The position numbers and the translations under genes were made by a program. Below are positions 36,886 through 46,777 of a stretch of 58,123 nucleotides of DNA, piece by piece. Under the pieces are notes generated by a model that saw only the letters and a program-made list of their open reading frames with translations, did no database searches and was not told the origin of the DNA. Source of the DNA: Actinomycetota bacterium (GTDB taxonomy: Bacteria; Actinomycetota; Actinomycetes; S36-B12); assembly GCA_046091195.1 (NCBI GenBank), contig JBJTBD010000065.1:1-58123 (forward strand). The letters are read 5' to 3'. Position 1 is the stretch's first letter; the number at the start of each line of letters is the position of its first letter.

Positions 36886-37791
36886 GTGGCAAAGACCAGG
36901 TACGGCATCGACCGTGGGCTGACCCGTCGGATGTTCGGGACCATGTTCGGTCTCGGACTGATGTACGTGGTGCTCGCGGCTCTTCTCTACGCCCTGGGGT
37001 TCAGTGCGATCTTCGTACTGGGCATCAGCGCCGCGCTCCTGTTCGGGCAGTGGTGGTTCTCGGATTCCCTGGCAATGTCCGCCATGCGCGCTGTGGTGGT
37101 GACACCCGAACAGGCACCGCAGTTGCACGCGATGGTCGACCGCCTCTGCCTGCTGGCCGACATGGAGAAGCCGCGGATTGGGATCGCCGATTCAGATGTC
37201 CCCAACGCCTTCGCCACCGGCCGCACCCCGAGTCGCTCCGTCGTCGTGGTGACCACCGGCCTGCTGCGTCGACTCGACCCCGATGAACTCGAGGGTGTGC
37301 TTGCGCACGAGTTGTCCCACGTAGCCCACCGCGATGTCACGGTCATGACGATCGCCTCCTTCACCGCGATCGTCGCCGGGTTCCTTGCCCGCAGTTTCAT
37401 GTGGGGCTCGATGATGCGGGACAACCGGAACCAGAACGCGGCGGTCATGTTCATCGTCGTCATGCTGGTCAGCGTCGTCGTCTACTTCATCTCCTATCTC
37501 CTGATCAATGGCCTGTCGAGGTACCGGGAGTTAGGAGCGGACCGCGGAGGGGCGCTGATCACAGGTAAGCCCACTGCGCTCGCGAACGCCCTGGTCAAGA
37601 TCACCGGTGACATGGCGCAGATCCCCACCCGCGATATCCGGCAGATGGAGCCGGTCAGCAACCTCGCCTTCGCTCCCGCGGTTGCGAGCAAGAAGGGCTT
37701 CACCCTCGAGGGGCTTATGTCCACACACCCCTCGCTGGAGAAGCGCCTGGAGAACCTCGCGAAGGTGGCCAACGAGCTCGGCCAGCGGTAG
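36886..37791 (+). CDS. htpX: zinc metalloprotease HtpX (M48)
   Basis: GTG start after GGGAGGGG. HELSHVAHRD zinc motif, downstream RYRELGADR, and four TM segments. Confidence 0.9.
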   Translation: MAKTRYGIDRGLTRRMFGTMFGLGLMYVVLAALLYALGFSAIFVLGISAALLFGQWWFSDSLAMSAMRAVVVTPEQAPQLHAMVDRLCLLADMEKPRIGIADSDVPNAFATGRTPSRSVVVVTTGLLRRLDPDELEGVLAHELSHVAHRDVTVMTIASFTAIVAGFLARSFMWGSMMRDNRNQNAAVMFIVVMLVSVVVYFISYLLINGLSRYRELGADRGGALITGKPTALANALVKITGDMAQIPTRDIRQMEPVSNLAFAPAVASKKGFTLEGLMSTHPSLEKRLENLAKVANELGQR

Positions 37792-38366
37792 TGGGGCTTT
37801 TTGATTCCCTCATGGGGCGGCGCGAGCCCGCCCGCCCCAACCTCGATGCACTCTTCGCGCTGCCCGGATGTGCGATCACCCTGGACGTCGAGTTGGACTT
37901 CCGTCCCACGGGGACGGGGTCCGTTGCCTTCCGTGCACCCGAGGGTCGGGCGTTCGCGGATGTCGAGGCCGACGTCCGGGCCCTCCTGGACGCTGATGCC
38001 GGACCGCCGGTCGAACTCGTGCAGGACTCCTTCGGATTCACCTGGCTCGTGGTGCGCACCGAGCCGCCGGATCTGTCCTCCGTGGTCACCGATCTGCATG
38101 CGGTGAACAGCAGTCTTGTCAACGCGGGGTTCGGGCCCCAACTCCTGTGTTCGCTCGTACCCTTTCGCGATCCGACAGGCCGGGAGATCGCACTCGTCTA
38201 CCTCTACAAGCAGGGGACCTTCTACCCCTTCGCGCCCGTGTCCGGGTCGGAGCAGAAGCGCGACAACGTCTTGGAACTGCGGCTGCGTGACATGTTGACC
38301 CGGGAATTGCCGCTGGAGCCCGACCTCCAGCGCTGGCTCGCGGTCTGGGAAGCCCCGGGGCTCTAG
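37791..38366 (+). CDS. conserved hypothetical protein coupled to htpX
   Basis: 191 aa with good GC3 coding signal. GTG overlaps the htpX stop by 1 nt (TAGTG). No motif I can assign. Sits in the pspA-htpX neighbourhood. Confidence 0.6.
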   Translation: MGLFDSLMGRREPARPNLDALFALPGCAITLDVELDFRPTGTGSVAFRAPEGRAFADVEADVRALLDADAGPPVELVQDSFGFTWLVVRTEPPDLSSVVTDLHAVNSSLVNAGFGPQLLCSLVPFRDPTGREIALVYLYKQGTFYPFAPVSGSEQKRDNVLELRLRDMLTRELPLEPDLQRWLAVWEAPGL

Positions 38367-39622
38367 TCCCGGCTAGCGGTCGGCCCCGGCAGGGCCAGCA
38401 TGCGGTCGAGTGCGACGCGTGCCCAGTGTTGGGTGTCCGAGTCCACCGTGATCTGGTTCACCACGGTGCCCTCGACAAGGGATTCCAGCGACCACACCAG
38501 GTGCGGAAGGTCGATGCGGTTCATGGTCGAGCAGAAGCAGACGGTCTTGTCGAGGTAGACGATTTCCTTATCCGGATGCTGCAGCGCGAGCCGCTTCACC
38601 AGGTTCAACTCTGTGCCGACAGCCCAGGACGTTCCGGGTTCGGCGGCGGCGATCGTGGCGATGATCTTCTCGGTGGAACCGACCACATCGGCCTTCTCGA
38701 CGACCTCGTACGTGCACTCTGGATGCACGATGACCGTGACGCCGGGAACGCGCTCCCGAACTTCGTCGACGCACGATGGCGTGAAGCGGCCATGGACAGA
38801 GCAGTGTCCGCGCCACAGGATCATGCGCGCCGTCTGCAACTGCTCCACGGTAAGCCCGCCGTTCGGCTTCCGCGGGTCGTAGACCACGCAGTCATCGAGT
38901 GCCATGCCGAGATCACGCACGGCAGTGTTGCGACCGAGGTGCTGATCAGGGAGGAAGAGCACCTTCTTCTCCGATGTCTGCCAGTCATCATCGAACGCCC
39001 ACTCGAGGCTGCGCTCGGCATTGCTGGATGTGCAGATCGACCCGCCGTGGCGGCCGGTGAAGGCCTTGATCGCCGCCGAGGAATTCATGTACGTGATGGG
39101 GACCGTGACGTCTGCCACCCCCGCGGCCTCGAGATCGCGCCAGCACTGCTCCACCTGTCCGATCTCGGCCATGTCCGCCATGGAGCACCCCGCGGCGAGA
39201 TCGGGCAGGATCACGCGCTGCTCGTCGGCAGTGAGGATGTCGGCACTTTCGGCCATGAAGTGCACACCGCAGAAGACGATGAACTCGGCTTCCGGGTTGG
39301 CTGCGGCCATCTGCGAGAGCTTGAATGAATCACCGGTCACATCGGCGAACTGGATGACCTCGTCGCGCTGGTAGTGGTGGCCCAGGATGTAGACGCGGGA
39401 GCCGAGCGCCGCCTTGGCCCTCGCGGCCCGCGCTACGAGGTCGGGGTCACTCGGTGCCGGCAGATCCCCCGGGCACTCCACTCCGCGCTCACTGCCCGAG
39501 TCTGCGCCGTGTCCGAGGAGCAGGAGGGCGAGCGGGGTCGGTTGCGGTTCCACGAAGGTCCCTGCCATGGCACGAGTCTGCCAAAGTCCCGCGGGGCAGG
39601 CGGATCCGCCCGAGGCGAACAT
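38363..39622 (-). CDS. nadA: quinolinate synthase
   Basis: ILGHHYQRDEVIQFAD.TGDSFKLS, FCGVHFMAESADIL, LPD..AGCSMADMA, HPECT and ...TVCFCSTMNRID. Start uncertain (ATG 39622 or ATG 39568). Confidence 0.85.
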   Translation of the reverse strand: MFASGGSACPAGLWQTRAMAGTFVEPQPTPLALLLLGHGADSGSERGVECPGDLPAPSDPDLVARAARAKAALGSRVYILGHHYQRDEVIQFADVTGDSFKLSQMAAANPEAEFIVFCGVHFMAESADILTADEQRVILPDLAAGCSMADMAEIGQVEQCWRDLEAAGVADVTVPITYMNSSAAIKAFTGRHGGSICTSSNAERSLEWAFDDDWQTSEKKVLFLPDQHLGRNTAVRDLGMALDDCVVYDPRKPNGGLTVEQLQTARMILWRGHCSVHGRFTPSCVDEVRERVPGVTVIVHPECTYEVVEKADVVGSTEKIIATIAAAEPGTSWAVGTELNLVKRLALQHPDKEIVYLDKTVCFCSTMNRIDLPHLVWSLESLVEGTVVNQITVDSDTQHWARVALDRMLALPGPTASRD

Positions 39623-39687
39623 GTCCCGGCTGTCGCAGGTGCTCGGTCCATGTCATAGTGGTGTCCCCAGAGAGTGAAGGACAGGTT

Positions 39688-40026
39688 ATGGAGACCACCA
39701 CCGACGGCATCGTGTTGACGGATGCGGCCGCCTCCAAGGTCAAGGCACTTCTCGACGCCGAGGGCCGTGACGACCTCACCCTGCGCATCGCGGTGCAGCC
39801 GGGCGGCTGCTCCGGGCTTCGCTACCAACTCTTCTTCGACGACCGTGATCTCGATGGTGACGTCAGCAAGGACTTCGGTGGAGTCGCGGTCGTCACCGAC
39901 CGGATGAGCGCTCCCTACCTGTCGGGGGCGACTATCGACTTCGTCGACACCATCGAGAAGCAGGGCTTCACGATCGATAATCCGAACGCCACCGGCTCGT
40001 GCGCCTGCGGAGACTCCTTCCACTAG
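39688..40026 (+). CDS. erpA: iron-sulfur cluster insertion protein (HesB/IscA family)
   Basis: Start METTTDGIVLTDAAASKVKALL. GGCSGLRYQLFFD and C-terminal SCACGDSFH. Confidence 0.85.
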   Translation: METTTDGIVLTDAAASKVKALLDAEGRDDLTLRIAVQPGGCSGLRYQLFFDDRDLDGDVSKDFGGVAVVTDRMSAPYLSGATIDFVDTIEKQGFTIDNPNATGSCACGDSFH

Positions 40027-40095
40027 AACGTGCGGGTCTCGAAGTCTCGGTGATTCGGGTGCCGAGTCACTGATGGCCCGATAGGGTCCTTCGAC

Positions 40096-41082
40096 GTGGC
40101 GATCCTCATCACCGGGTCCATTGCGACCGACCACCTCATGACCTTCCCGGGACGTTTCGCGGACTCGTTCGTCGCGAAAAAGATCGACAAGGTCTCGCTC
40201 TCGTTCCTCGTCGAGGAGTTGCAGATTCGTCGCGGGGGTGTGGCCCCCAACATCGCCTTCGGCATGGGTTGCCTCGGGCTCCAGCCCGTGCTCGTGGGTG
40301 CGGTCGGGCCGGATTTCGCGGACTACGAGTCCTGGTTGCAGCGGCACGGGGTGGACACCTCGGGCGTGCACGTCTCCGAAACCGCGCACACGGCGCGCTT
40401 CGTGTGCACGACGGACGTCGAGCAGAACCAGATCGCCTCCTTCTATCCGGGGGCGATGAGTGAGGCACGCAACATCGAGCTGAAACCGATCATCGAATCG
40501 ATCGGTGACGCGGACGTCGTCCTCATCGGTGCGAATGATCCGCAGGCCATGCTCCGACACAGCGAGGAATGTCGATTCCGCGGCTACCCCTTCGCCGCCG
40601 ATCCCTCGCAGCAGTTGGCGCGAATGGAAGGCGAGGAGATCCGTCCCCTCGTCGAGGGGGCTACCTACCTCTTCACGAACGAGTACGAGGCCGCCCTGAT
40701 CCAACAGAAGACCGGGTGGAGTGCGGCAGATCTGCGCGCCATGGTCGACATCTGGGTGACCACCCTGGGACCCGGGGGCTCGCGCGTCGAGCGACGCGGG
40801 GAGGAACCCGTGCAGGTCTCCGTCCCGGAAGAGGAGCGACGCGCAGACCCCACGGGAGTGGGCGATGCCTTCCGCGCAGGATTCCTGGCGGGGCAGGCGT
40901 GGGGGATCTCTGATCAGCGTTCGGCCCAAGTGGGATCGCTGATGGCGACGTACGTGATCGAGACCATCGGCACCCAGGAGTACGAACTCGCGCAGCGTCA
41001 CTTCCTGGAGCGGATGGCGAAGACCTACGGCGAGGATGCGGCCGCCGAGGTCGAGCACCACGTGTCCTGTCCCCGCCCGTAG
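40096..41082 (+). CDS. PfkB family carbohydrate/nucleoside kinase (adenosine-kinase-like)
   Basis: GTG start. ILITGSIATDHLMTFPGRF, RRGGVAPNIAFG and C-terminal DPTGVGDAFRAGFL motif. Confidence 0.8.
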   Translation: MAILITGSIATDHLMTFPGRFADSFVAKKIDKVSLSFLVEELQIRRGGVAPNIAFGMGCLGLQPVLVGAVGPDFADYESWLQRHGVDTSGVHVSETAHTARFVCTTDVEQNQIASFYPGAMSEARNIELKPIIESIGDADVVLIGANDPQAMLRHSEECRFRGYPFAADPSQQLARMEGEEIRPLVEGATYLFTNEYEAALIQQKTGWSAADLRAMVDIWVTTLGPGGSRVERRGEEPVQVSVPEEERRADPTGVGDAFRAGFLAGQAWGISDQRSAQVGSLMATYVIETIGTQEYELAQRHFLERMAKTYGEDAAAEVEHHVSCPRP

Positions 41083-41084
41083 CG

Positions 41085-41747
41085 GTGCGCGACCTCCCGG
41101 CGCCGCAGTGGCACCTGCCGGATCCGCGTGAGGCGGAGGCCGGTGATGACGTCGTGGCCCTCGGCGGCGACCTCGATCCGGGCACGGTGCTCAGCGCCTA
41201 CGCGCACGGGATGTTCCCGATGCACCTCGACGACACCCTGGCGTGGTGGTCACCGGATCCACGGGGGGTGCTCCCCCTCGATCGCCTCGTGGTCAGCGAC
41301 AGTCTCCGCGCATCGACGCGGCGCTATCGCTGCACCGTCGACACCGACTTCGAAGGTGTGGTCCTCGGTTGCGCCGATCCGAATCGACCGAAGGGATGGA
41401 TCACGCCGGAGATCACCGCGGCCTACGTGGAGTTGCACGCGCTCGGTTTCGCCCACTCGGTGGAGGTGTGGGACGACGACGGCGCCCTGGTGGGCGGCCT
41501 CTACGGCGTTGAAATCGGTGGTCTTTTCGCCGGGGAGTCGATGTTCCACCGGGCTCGCGATGCGTCCAAAGTCGCACTGGTGCACTTGGTCTCGATACTT
41601 CGTCAGTGCCCCGGACCGCGTCTTCTGGATGTCCAATGGCGGACCGAGCACCTGGCGAGCCTCGGAGTGATCGAGATTCCCCGGGAGCGCTACCTCGTGC
41701 TTCTCGCCGAGGCCCTGCCGACCTACGAGTGCCTTACCCGGGCGTGA
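41085..41747 (+). CDS. aat: leucyl/phenylalanyl-tRNA--protein transferase
   Basis: LSAYAHGMFPM, WWSPDPRGVLPLD and YGVEIGGLFAGESMFH. Confidence 0.85.
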   Translation: MRDLPAPQWHLPDPREAEAGDDVVALGGDLDPGTVLSAYAHGMFPMHLDDTLAWWSPDPRGVLPLDRLVVSDSLRASTRRYRCTVDTDFEGVVLGCADPNRPKGWITPEITAAYVELHALGFAHSVEVWDDDGALVGGLYGVEIGGLFAGESMFHRARDASKVALVHLVSILRQCPGPRLLDVQWRTEHLASLGVIEIPRERYLVLLAEALPTYECLTRA

Positions 41748-42882
41748 CGACCTCGCAGAGCGCGTCCGCGAATTCTTCGACGGTCTGAGCAGTGCATCCG
41801 AAAGGTAATGAGATGCGGATACTTGCGAGGCCGCGGTAGCCCAGGGCTTCCACGACGTGGCTGGCGCGTGCCGCGTCCGCGGTGCACGCCGATCCGCTCG
41901 CGATCGAGATCCCCCGACGACCGAGTGCGATGACGACTTCCTCGCCCACGCCGGATTCCAGCACCATCGTCAGAATGTGGGGGAGTCGCTCATGCGGATC
42001 GCCGAGGACGACGAGTCCCGGGATGCGCGGCGGAAGCGATTCACGCAGGGTCGCCACCAGCGCGTGTTGCTCCTGCGCCATCGACCCGACGTGCGGGGCG
42101 AGCACCTCGAGTGCGGCGGCGCAGGCCGCCGCTGCGGGGATGTCGGGGAAGCCACCCAGCCATCCGCGATCGGGTGCCAGGGGTGGGGTCCATCGGATCC
42201 CCGGGCGGACCGCGACGAAAGCCGCCCCCGGGACACCGCCCCAGTCGCGTCCCGCGCACACCAACACGTCCCACGCCGTGGGAACCGGGCCGCGGCCGAT
42301 CACCTGGGCCGCGTCGACCACGAGCGGAAGGCCCATGGCCTGACAGCGGGAGTGCACGCCGTCGAGGGCCTGTCGGGTACCGATCTCGGCGTTGGCGGCT
42401 TGGACGCAGACAAGTGCCGTGTCCGGAGTTAACGCCGCCCCCAGGACGTCGGGGTCGACGGCACCCGTGGAAGTCACATCGACGACGACGATCTCGGCGT
42501 CCGGGGTCATCGCGCATGCCCCGATGACCGCAAAGGATTCGACGGACGTGTGGACGAGGCGCGGGCCGCAGCCGGCAGCCACCCGGGACCTCGTCACGCC
42601 ACCGATCACCATCGCCAGGCCTTCGGCTGCACTTCCGGCGAGATACAAGTCCGCGGGGCGAACTCCCAGGTAGCCGGCGAGCGAGGCGCGTGATGCGTCG
42701 AGGATCGCTCCGGCCGTCCTTCCCGGGTGGTGGAGGCGCGCCGGGTCCGACCAGGCACGGTCGAGGGCGGCCGTCATCGACGCCCGGACGGGGTCGGTGG
42801 CAGGCTGTCCGCCGATGGCATCCAGGTACCCGGCGGGTGGCCGGAACAATGTGTCCGAACCCGGATGTGATGTGTCTGACAT
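41734..42882 (-). CDS. class-V aminotransferase / cysteine desulfurase-like protein lacking any lysine (probable pseudo-enzyme or atypical)
   Basis: Start MSDTSHPGSD (cat 42880-42882). NifS/IscS-like layout (GYLDAIGGQPATDPV..., ANAEIGTRQ, SGSACTADAARASHVVEALG). The 382-aa product contains no K, and the expected SxHK region reads CAGRDWGG. Confidence 0.7.
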   Translation of the reverse strand: MSDTSHPGSDTLFRPPAGYLDAIGGQPATDPVRASMTAALDRAWSDPARLHHPGRTAGAILDASRASLAGYLGVRPADLYLAGSAAEGLAMVIGGVTRSRVAAGCGPRLVHTSVESFAVIGACAMTPDAEIVVVDVTSTGAVDPDVLGAALTPDTALVCVQAANAEIGTRQALDGVHSRCQAMGLPLVVDAAQVIGRGPVPTAWDVLVCAGRDWGGVPGAAFVAVRPGIRWTPPLAPDRGWLGGFPDIPAAAACAAALEVLAPHVGSMAQEQHALVATLRESLPPRIPGLVVLGDPHERLPHILTMVLESGVGEEVVIALGRRGISIASGSACTADAARASHVVEALGYRGLASIRISLPFGCTAQTVEEFADALCEVVTPG

Positions 42883-42979
42883 GTCCCGTTTCCGCCTCAC
42901 GGCCCAGGAGGGAATTGGACTGCGGTGTGCGCTAGTCTGCCAGTACAACGGACGCGGCACGGAAGGCCTCGATTTCAGC

Positions 42980-43813
42980 ATGGAAAGCTGGCGATGGGGA
43001 CGGAGCTCCGTCCTGGTTCTCGGGGCGCTCGGGCTCGTCCTGTTCACCTCCGGATGCACTGCCAACGAGGCGTTCTTCTTCGATATGCCCGAGCCGGCAA
43101 GCAAAGAAGCCCCGATCATGCTCAGCCTCTGGAACGGATCGTGGATCGCGGCCTGGGGCGTGGGCATCGTCACCTGGGGCCTGATGCTCTGGGCGGCCAT
43201 CGCCTACCGCCGCCGCCATAAGGACGAGATCCCGGCGCAGACCAAGTACAACCTGCCGATCGAAGTCCTCTACACGGTCGTGCCGCTCATCATGATCCTC
43301 GGCTTGTTCTGGTTCACCGCCAGGGATCAGACTGAACTGCTTACCCTGGAGAACGACCAGAAGCAGACGGTGAACGTCGTCGGCTTCCGATGGTCCTGGG
43401 CGTTCAACTACCTCGATGAGAACGTCTACTCGATCGGCATGCCGCAGGGTGAGAACTCGGTCGGTGAGCCTCCCGTCCTCGTCCTGCCGGTCGACGAGAA
43501 GGTGCGCTTCGAGCTCACATCCCCCGACGTCATACTCTCCTTCTGGGTGCCCAACTGGCTGTTCAAGATGGACGTGATCCCGGGGAAGGCCAACGCCTTC
43601 GAATTGACCCCGGACCGCGTTGGCACGTTCGTCGGCAAGTGCGCGGAATTGTGCGGGACGGACCATGCCCGCATGCTCTTCGAGGTGAAGGTCGTCGAAC
43701 GCGACGAGTTCGACGCGTACATCGAGGGCCTGCGCGAAATCGGCCAAACCGGCTTTATCGACAGCGAACTTTCCACAGCAGAGGGACAGCGTCCCGGGGA
43801 GCGATTGCTATGA
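42980..43813 (+). CDS. ctaC: cytochrome c oxidase subunit II (lipoprotein); first CuA His replaced by Leu
   Basis: Start MESWRWG. Lipobox LFTSGC, two TM helices, and CuA motif [14 protein letters not shown]. The upstream ligand context reads DVILSFWVP instead of DVIHSFWVP (CTC at 43535-43537). Confidence 0.85.
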   Translation: MESWRWGRSSVLVLGALGLVLFTSGCTANEAFFFDMPEPASKEAPIMLSLWNGSWIAAWGVGIVTWGLMLWAAIAYRRRHKDEIPAQTKYNLPIEVLYTVVPLIMILGLFWFTARDQTELLTLENDQKQTVNVVGFRWSWAFNYLDENVYSIGMPQGENSVGEPPVLVLPVDEKVRFELTSPDVILSFWVPNWLFKMDVIPGKANAFELTPDRVGTFVGKCAELCGTDHARMLFEVKVVERDEFDAYIEGLREIGQTGFIDSELSTAEGQRPGERLL

Positions 43814-45510
43814 CGATCCTGAATGAGCCGGTTGCGCCCACCGCATCCCCGCCGCCACACCGCCCGCGTAAGAAGCCATTGGGCTCGGTCATCGTCAGCT
43901 GGATCACGTCCACCGACCACAAGACGATCGGCTACTTGTACCTCATCACCGCCTCGATCTGGTTTTTCCTCGCCGGTGCCATGGCCCTGGCGATTCGCGC
44001 CGAGTTAGCCGTTCCGGGACTGCAGATGATCTCGCTCGAGCAGTACAACCAGCTCTTCACGATGCACGGCACGATCATGCTGCTCCTCTTCGCCACACCG
44101 TTGTTCATCGGCTTCGGCAACGTAATCATGCCCCTGCAGATCGGCGCCCCCGACGTCGCCTTCCCGCGCCTGAACATGCTCGGGTACTGGCTATTCGCCT
44201 TCGGTGGCCTGATCGTCGCCCTGGGCTTCTTCACTCCCGGTGGAGCGGCCGCCTTCGGCTGGTTCGCCTACGCGCCGCTGAGCAACGCGGTGAACTCCCC
44301 GGAGGTCGGCGCCGATTTGTGGCTGCTGGGCCTGGCACTGGGCGGTCTGGGCACGATCCTCGGCGGGGTCAACTTCATCACCACGATCTTCACGATGCGT
44401 GCCCCCGGCATGACGATGTTCCGGATGCCGATCTTCACCTGGACGGTGTTCATTACCAGCGTCCTGGCGCTCATCGCCTTCCCGGTCCTCGCCGCAGCCC
44501 TTGCGATGGCCTTCATCGACCGGCAGTACGGAGCGGTGGTCTTCGAGGCGGAGAACGGCGGTGCGATCCTCTGGCAGCACCTGTTCTGGTTCTTCGGCCA
44601 CCCCGAGGTCTACATCCTGGCGTTGCCCTTCTTCGGCATCGCGAGCGAGATCATCCCGGTCTTCTCGCGTAAGCCGATCTTCGGCTACAAGGGCCTGGTC
44701 TTCGCGACCATGGCGATCGGTGCCCTCTCAATAGCCGTCTGGGCCCACCACATGTACGTCACCGGCTCGGTCTACCTGCCGTTCTTCGCCCTGATGACCA
44801 TGCTCATCGCCGTTCCGACGGGTGTGAAGTTCTTCAACTGGATCGGCACCATGTGGAAGGGCTCGATCAGTTTCGACACTCCGATGCTCTGGACGATGGG
44901 CTTCCTCATCACCTTCCTCTTCGGTGGCCTGACCGGCATCATCCTGTCCTCGCCCCCGCTCGACTTCCACGTCTCCGACTCGTACTTCGTCGTCGCCCAC
45001 TTCCACTACACGGTGTTCGGCACGGTCGTGTTCATGTTCTTCGCCGGCCTCTATTTCTGGTGGCCGAAGATGACTGGCAAGATGCTGAACGAGCGTTTGG
45101 GCAAGATTCACTTCTGGATGCTGTTCATCGGTTTCCAGGTCACCTTCCTGGTCCAGCACTGGCTGGGGGTGCAGGGCATGCCTCGGCGCTACGGGGACTA
45201 CCTGCCCTCCGACGACTTCACCCTCCTCAACACCGTCTCGAGCGTGGGTGCCGCGATCCTCGGCCTGTCCAGCATCTTCTTCTTCTGGAACGTGTTCGTC
45301 ACGACGAAGTACGCACCCAAGGTCAAGGTTGACGATCCCTGGGGCTGGGGTGGATCCCTTGAGTGGGCCACCAGCTGCCCACCGCCGCGCCACAACTTCA
45401 CCTCGCTGCCGCGCATCCGCAGTGACCGGCCCGCCTTCGACCTCCACCACCCCGAACTGGCAGCGGCCGGAACACACAAGGCGAGTGTCACGGGAGGTGC
45501 ATCCACGTGA
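43810..45510 (+). CDS. ctaD: cytochrome c oxidase subunit I
   Basis: ATG overlaps the ctaC stop (ATGA). [32 protein letters not shown] and [11 protein letters not shown]. Confidence 0.95.
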   Translation: MTILNEPVAPTASPPPHRPRKKPLGSVIVSWITSTDHKTIGYLYLITASIWFFLAGAMALAIRAELAVPGLQMISLEQYNQLFTMHGTIMLLLFATPLFIGFGNVIMPLQIGAPDVAFPRLNMLGYWLFAFGGLIVALGFFTPGGAAAFGWFAYAPLSNAVNSPEVGADLWLLGLALGGLGTILGGVNFITTIFTMRAPGMTMFRMPIFTWTVFITSVLALIAFPVLAAALAMAFIDRQYGAVVFEAENGGAILWQHLFWFFGHPEVYILALPFFGIASEIIPVFSRKPIFGYKGLVFATMAIGALSIAVWAHHMYVTGSVYLPFFALMTMLIAVPTGVKFFNWIGTMWKGSISFDTPMLWTMGFLITFLFGGLTGIILSSPPLDFHVSDSYFVVAHFHYTVFGTVVFMFFAGLYFWWPKMTGKMLNERLGKIHFWMLFIGFQVTFLVQHWLGVQGMPRRYGDYLPSDDFTLLNTVSSVGAAILGLSSIFFFWNVFVTTKYAPKVKVDDPWGWGGSLEWATSCPPPRHNFTSLPRIRSDRPAFDLHHPELAAAGTHKASVTGGAST

Positions 45511-45902
45511 AGCTCGAATCCCTCCTTTTCGGCCTCGGTTTCCTATTCTTCGCGCTGGTCGCCGGCATCTACTGGTACTTCAGCCGCGACGAGATCGGAA
45601 CCACGGCGCTCGCGCTGACCGGTGCGCTGGCCTTCCTGGTGGCCTTCTACCTCTGGTACACCTCCAAGCGCGTGTACCCGCGCCCGGAGGACCGCCCGGA
45701 TGCTGAGATCGATGAGGCCGATCCGGAATACGGGTTCTTCAGTCCGCATTCGTGGTGGCCGTTGCCCGTTGCAGGCGGCGCGGCCATCATCGCCCTGGGA
45801 TTGATCTTCGCGGTGTGGTTAATCATCGTCGGGGTATTCGTCCTGCTGATCGGCCTGGTGGGCTGGCTCTTCGAGTACTACCGGGGCGAGTTCGCCCACT
45901 AG
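45507..45902 (+). CDS. ctaF: cytochrome c oxidase subunit IV (actinobacterial CtaF)
   Basis: GTG overlaps the ctaD stop. 131 aa, four TM helices, C-terminal [10 protein letters not shown]. Confidence 0.8.
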   Translation: MKLESLLFGLGFLFFALVAGIYWYFSRDEIGTTALALTGALAFLVAFYLWYTSKRVYPRPEDRPDAEIDEADPEYGFFSPHSWWPLPVAGGAAIIALGLIFAVWLIIVGVFVLLIGLVGWLFEYYRGEFAH

Positions 45903-45928
45903 CGCCTCGCGGCCCCTAGGGTTCGCGC

Positions 45929-46777
45929 ATGTTCGCCCCCGGGCCCCGGCAGAGCGCACGTCGACTGCGCAGCCTCGCGTTGGTGTCGTCGGCCGTATTG
46001 GTGACGGTCTATCTGCTGGGTGTGCGCACGGCGGCGGGACAGGCGCTGGGTGATGCCGCGTATCTCGGACGCCTCGCTGAGTCAAAGGATCTCCGGGTTG
46101 TCGATAAGCACTTCCTGGAGGCCATCGATATCCGGGTGTTCCTCCTCGGAGGCGCAGCACTCCTCCTTGTGGCCGCGGTGCGCCGGCTATGGCGCGCGGG
46201 ATTCTTCGTCACGGGTGCGTACCTCGCGGCGATCCTCTCGGCCGAAATCCTCAAGGCCGTCCTGACCCGGCCCATCCTGGCCCCCGAGATGGAGGTACTC
46301 ATGGGGGCCAAGCAGGGACTGAACACCTACCCGAGCGGACACTCGACTTTTGCAACGGCACTCACCCTGGGCGTGATCTTCCTGGTGCCGGCGGTTGCCA
46401 GGGCGTGGGTCGCCATGGGCGGAATCGGGTTCGTCGTCCTCGTCACCGGGGCCGTAGTCACGGCGGGATGGCATCGTCCCAGCGACGCCCTCGCCGGAAT
46501 CGCCCTAGCCACGATCTGGATCAGCCTCATTGCGGCTCTGATCATCCGGCGCACCGGGGTGACAACTGCTGTTCCGGCAGCAATGCGGCTGGTGCCCTAC
46601 GTCGGCACCGTGATCGGAGTGGTGGGGGCGATCATCCTCGTGGTGATGCTCGCTCACCCGGAGACCACGGGAGCGCTCGCCATGCTCGCCGTGAAGGTGC
46701 TGATCTTCGCGTGGGCGGTGAGCGCCGTCACGGCCTTCAGCTACGCCCTGCGGGGTGTGGACCTGACCCGTGCCTAG
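45929..46777 (+). CDS. PAP2 family phosphatase
   Basis: KAVLTRP, YPSGHSTF and WHRPSDALAG acid-phosphatase motifs. Multi-TM. Confidence 0.8.
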   Translation: MFAPGPRQSARRLRSLALVSSAVLVTVYLLGVRTAAGQALGDAAYLGRLAESKDLRVVDKHFLEAIDIRVFLLGGAALLLVAAVRRLWRAGFFVTGAYLAAILSAEILKAVLTRPILAPEMEVLMGAKQGLNTYPSGHSTFATALTLGVIFLVPAVARAWVAMGGIGFVVLVTGAVVTAGWHRPSDALAGIALATIWISLIAALIIRRTGVTTAVPAAMRLVPYVGTVIGVVGAIILVVMLAHPETTGALAMLAVKVLIFAWAVSAVTAFSYALRGVDLTRA

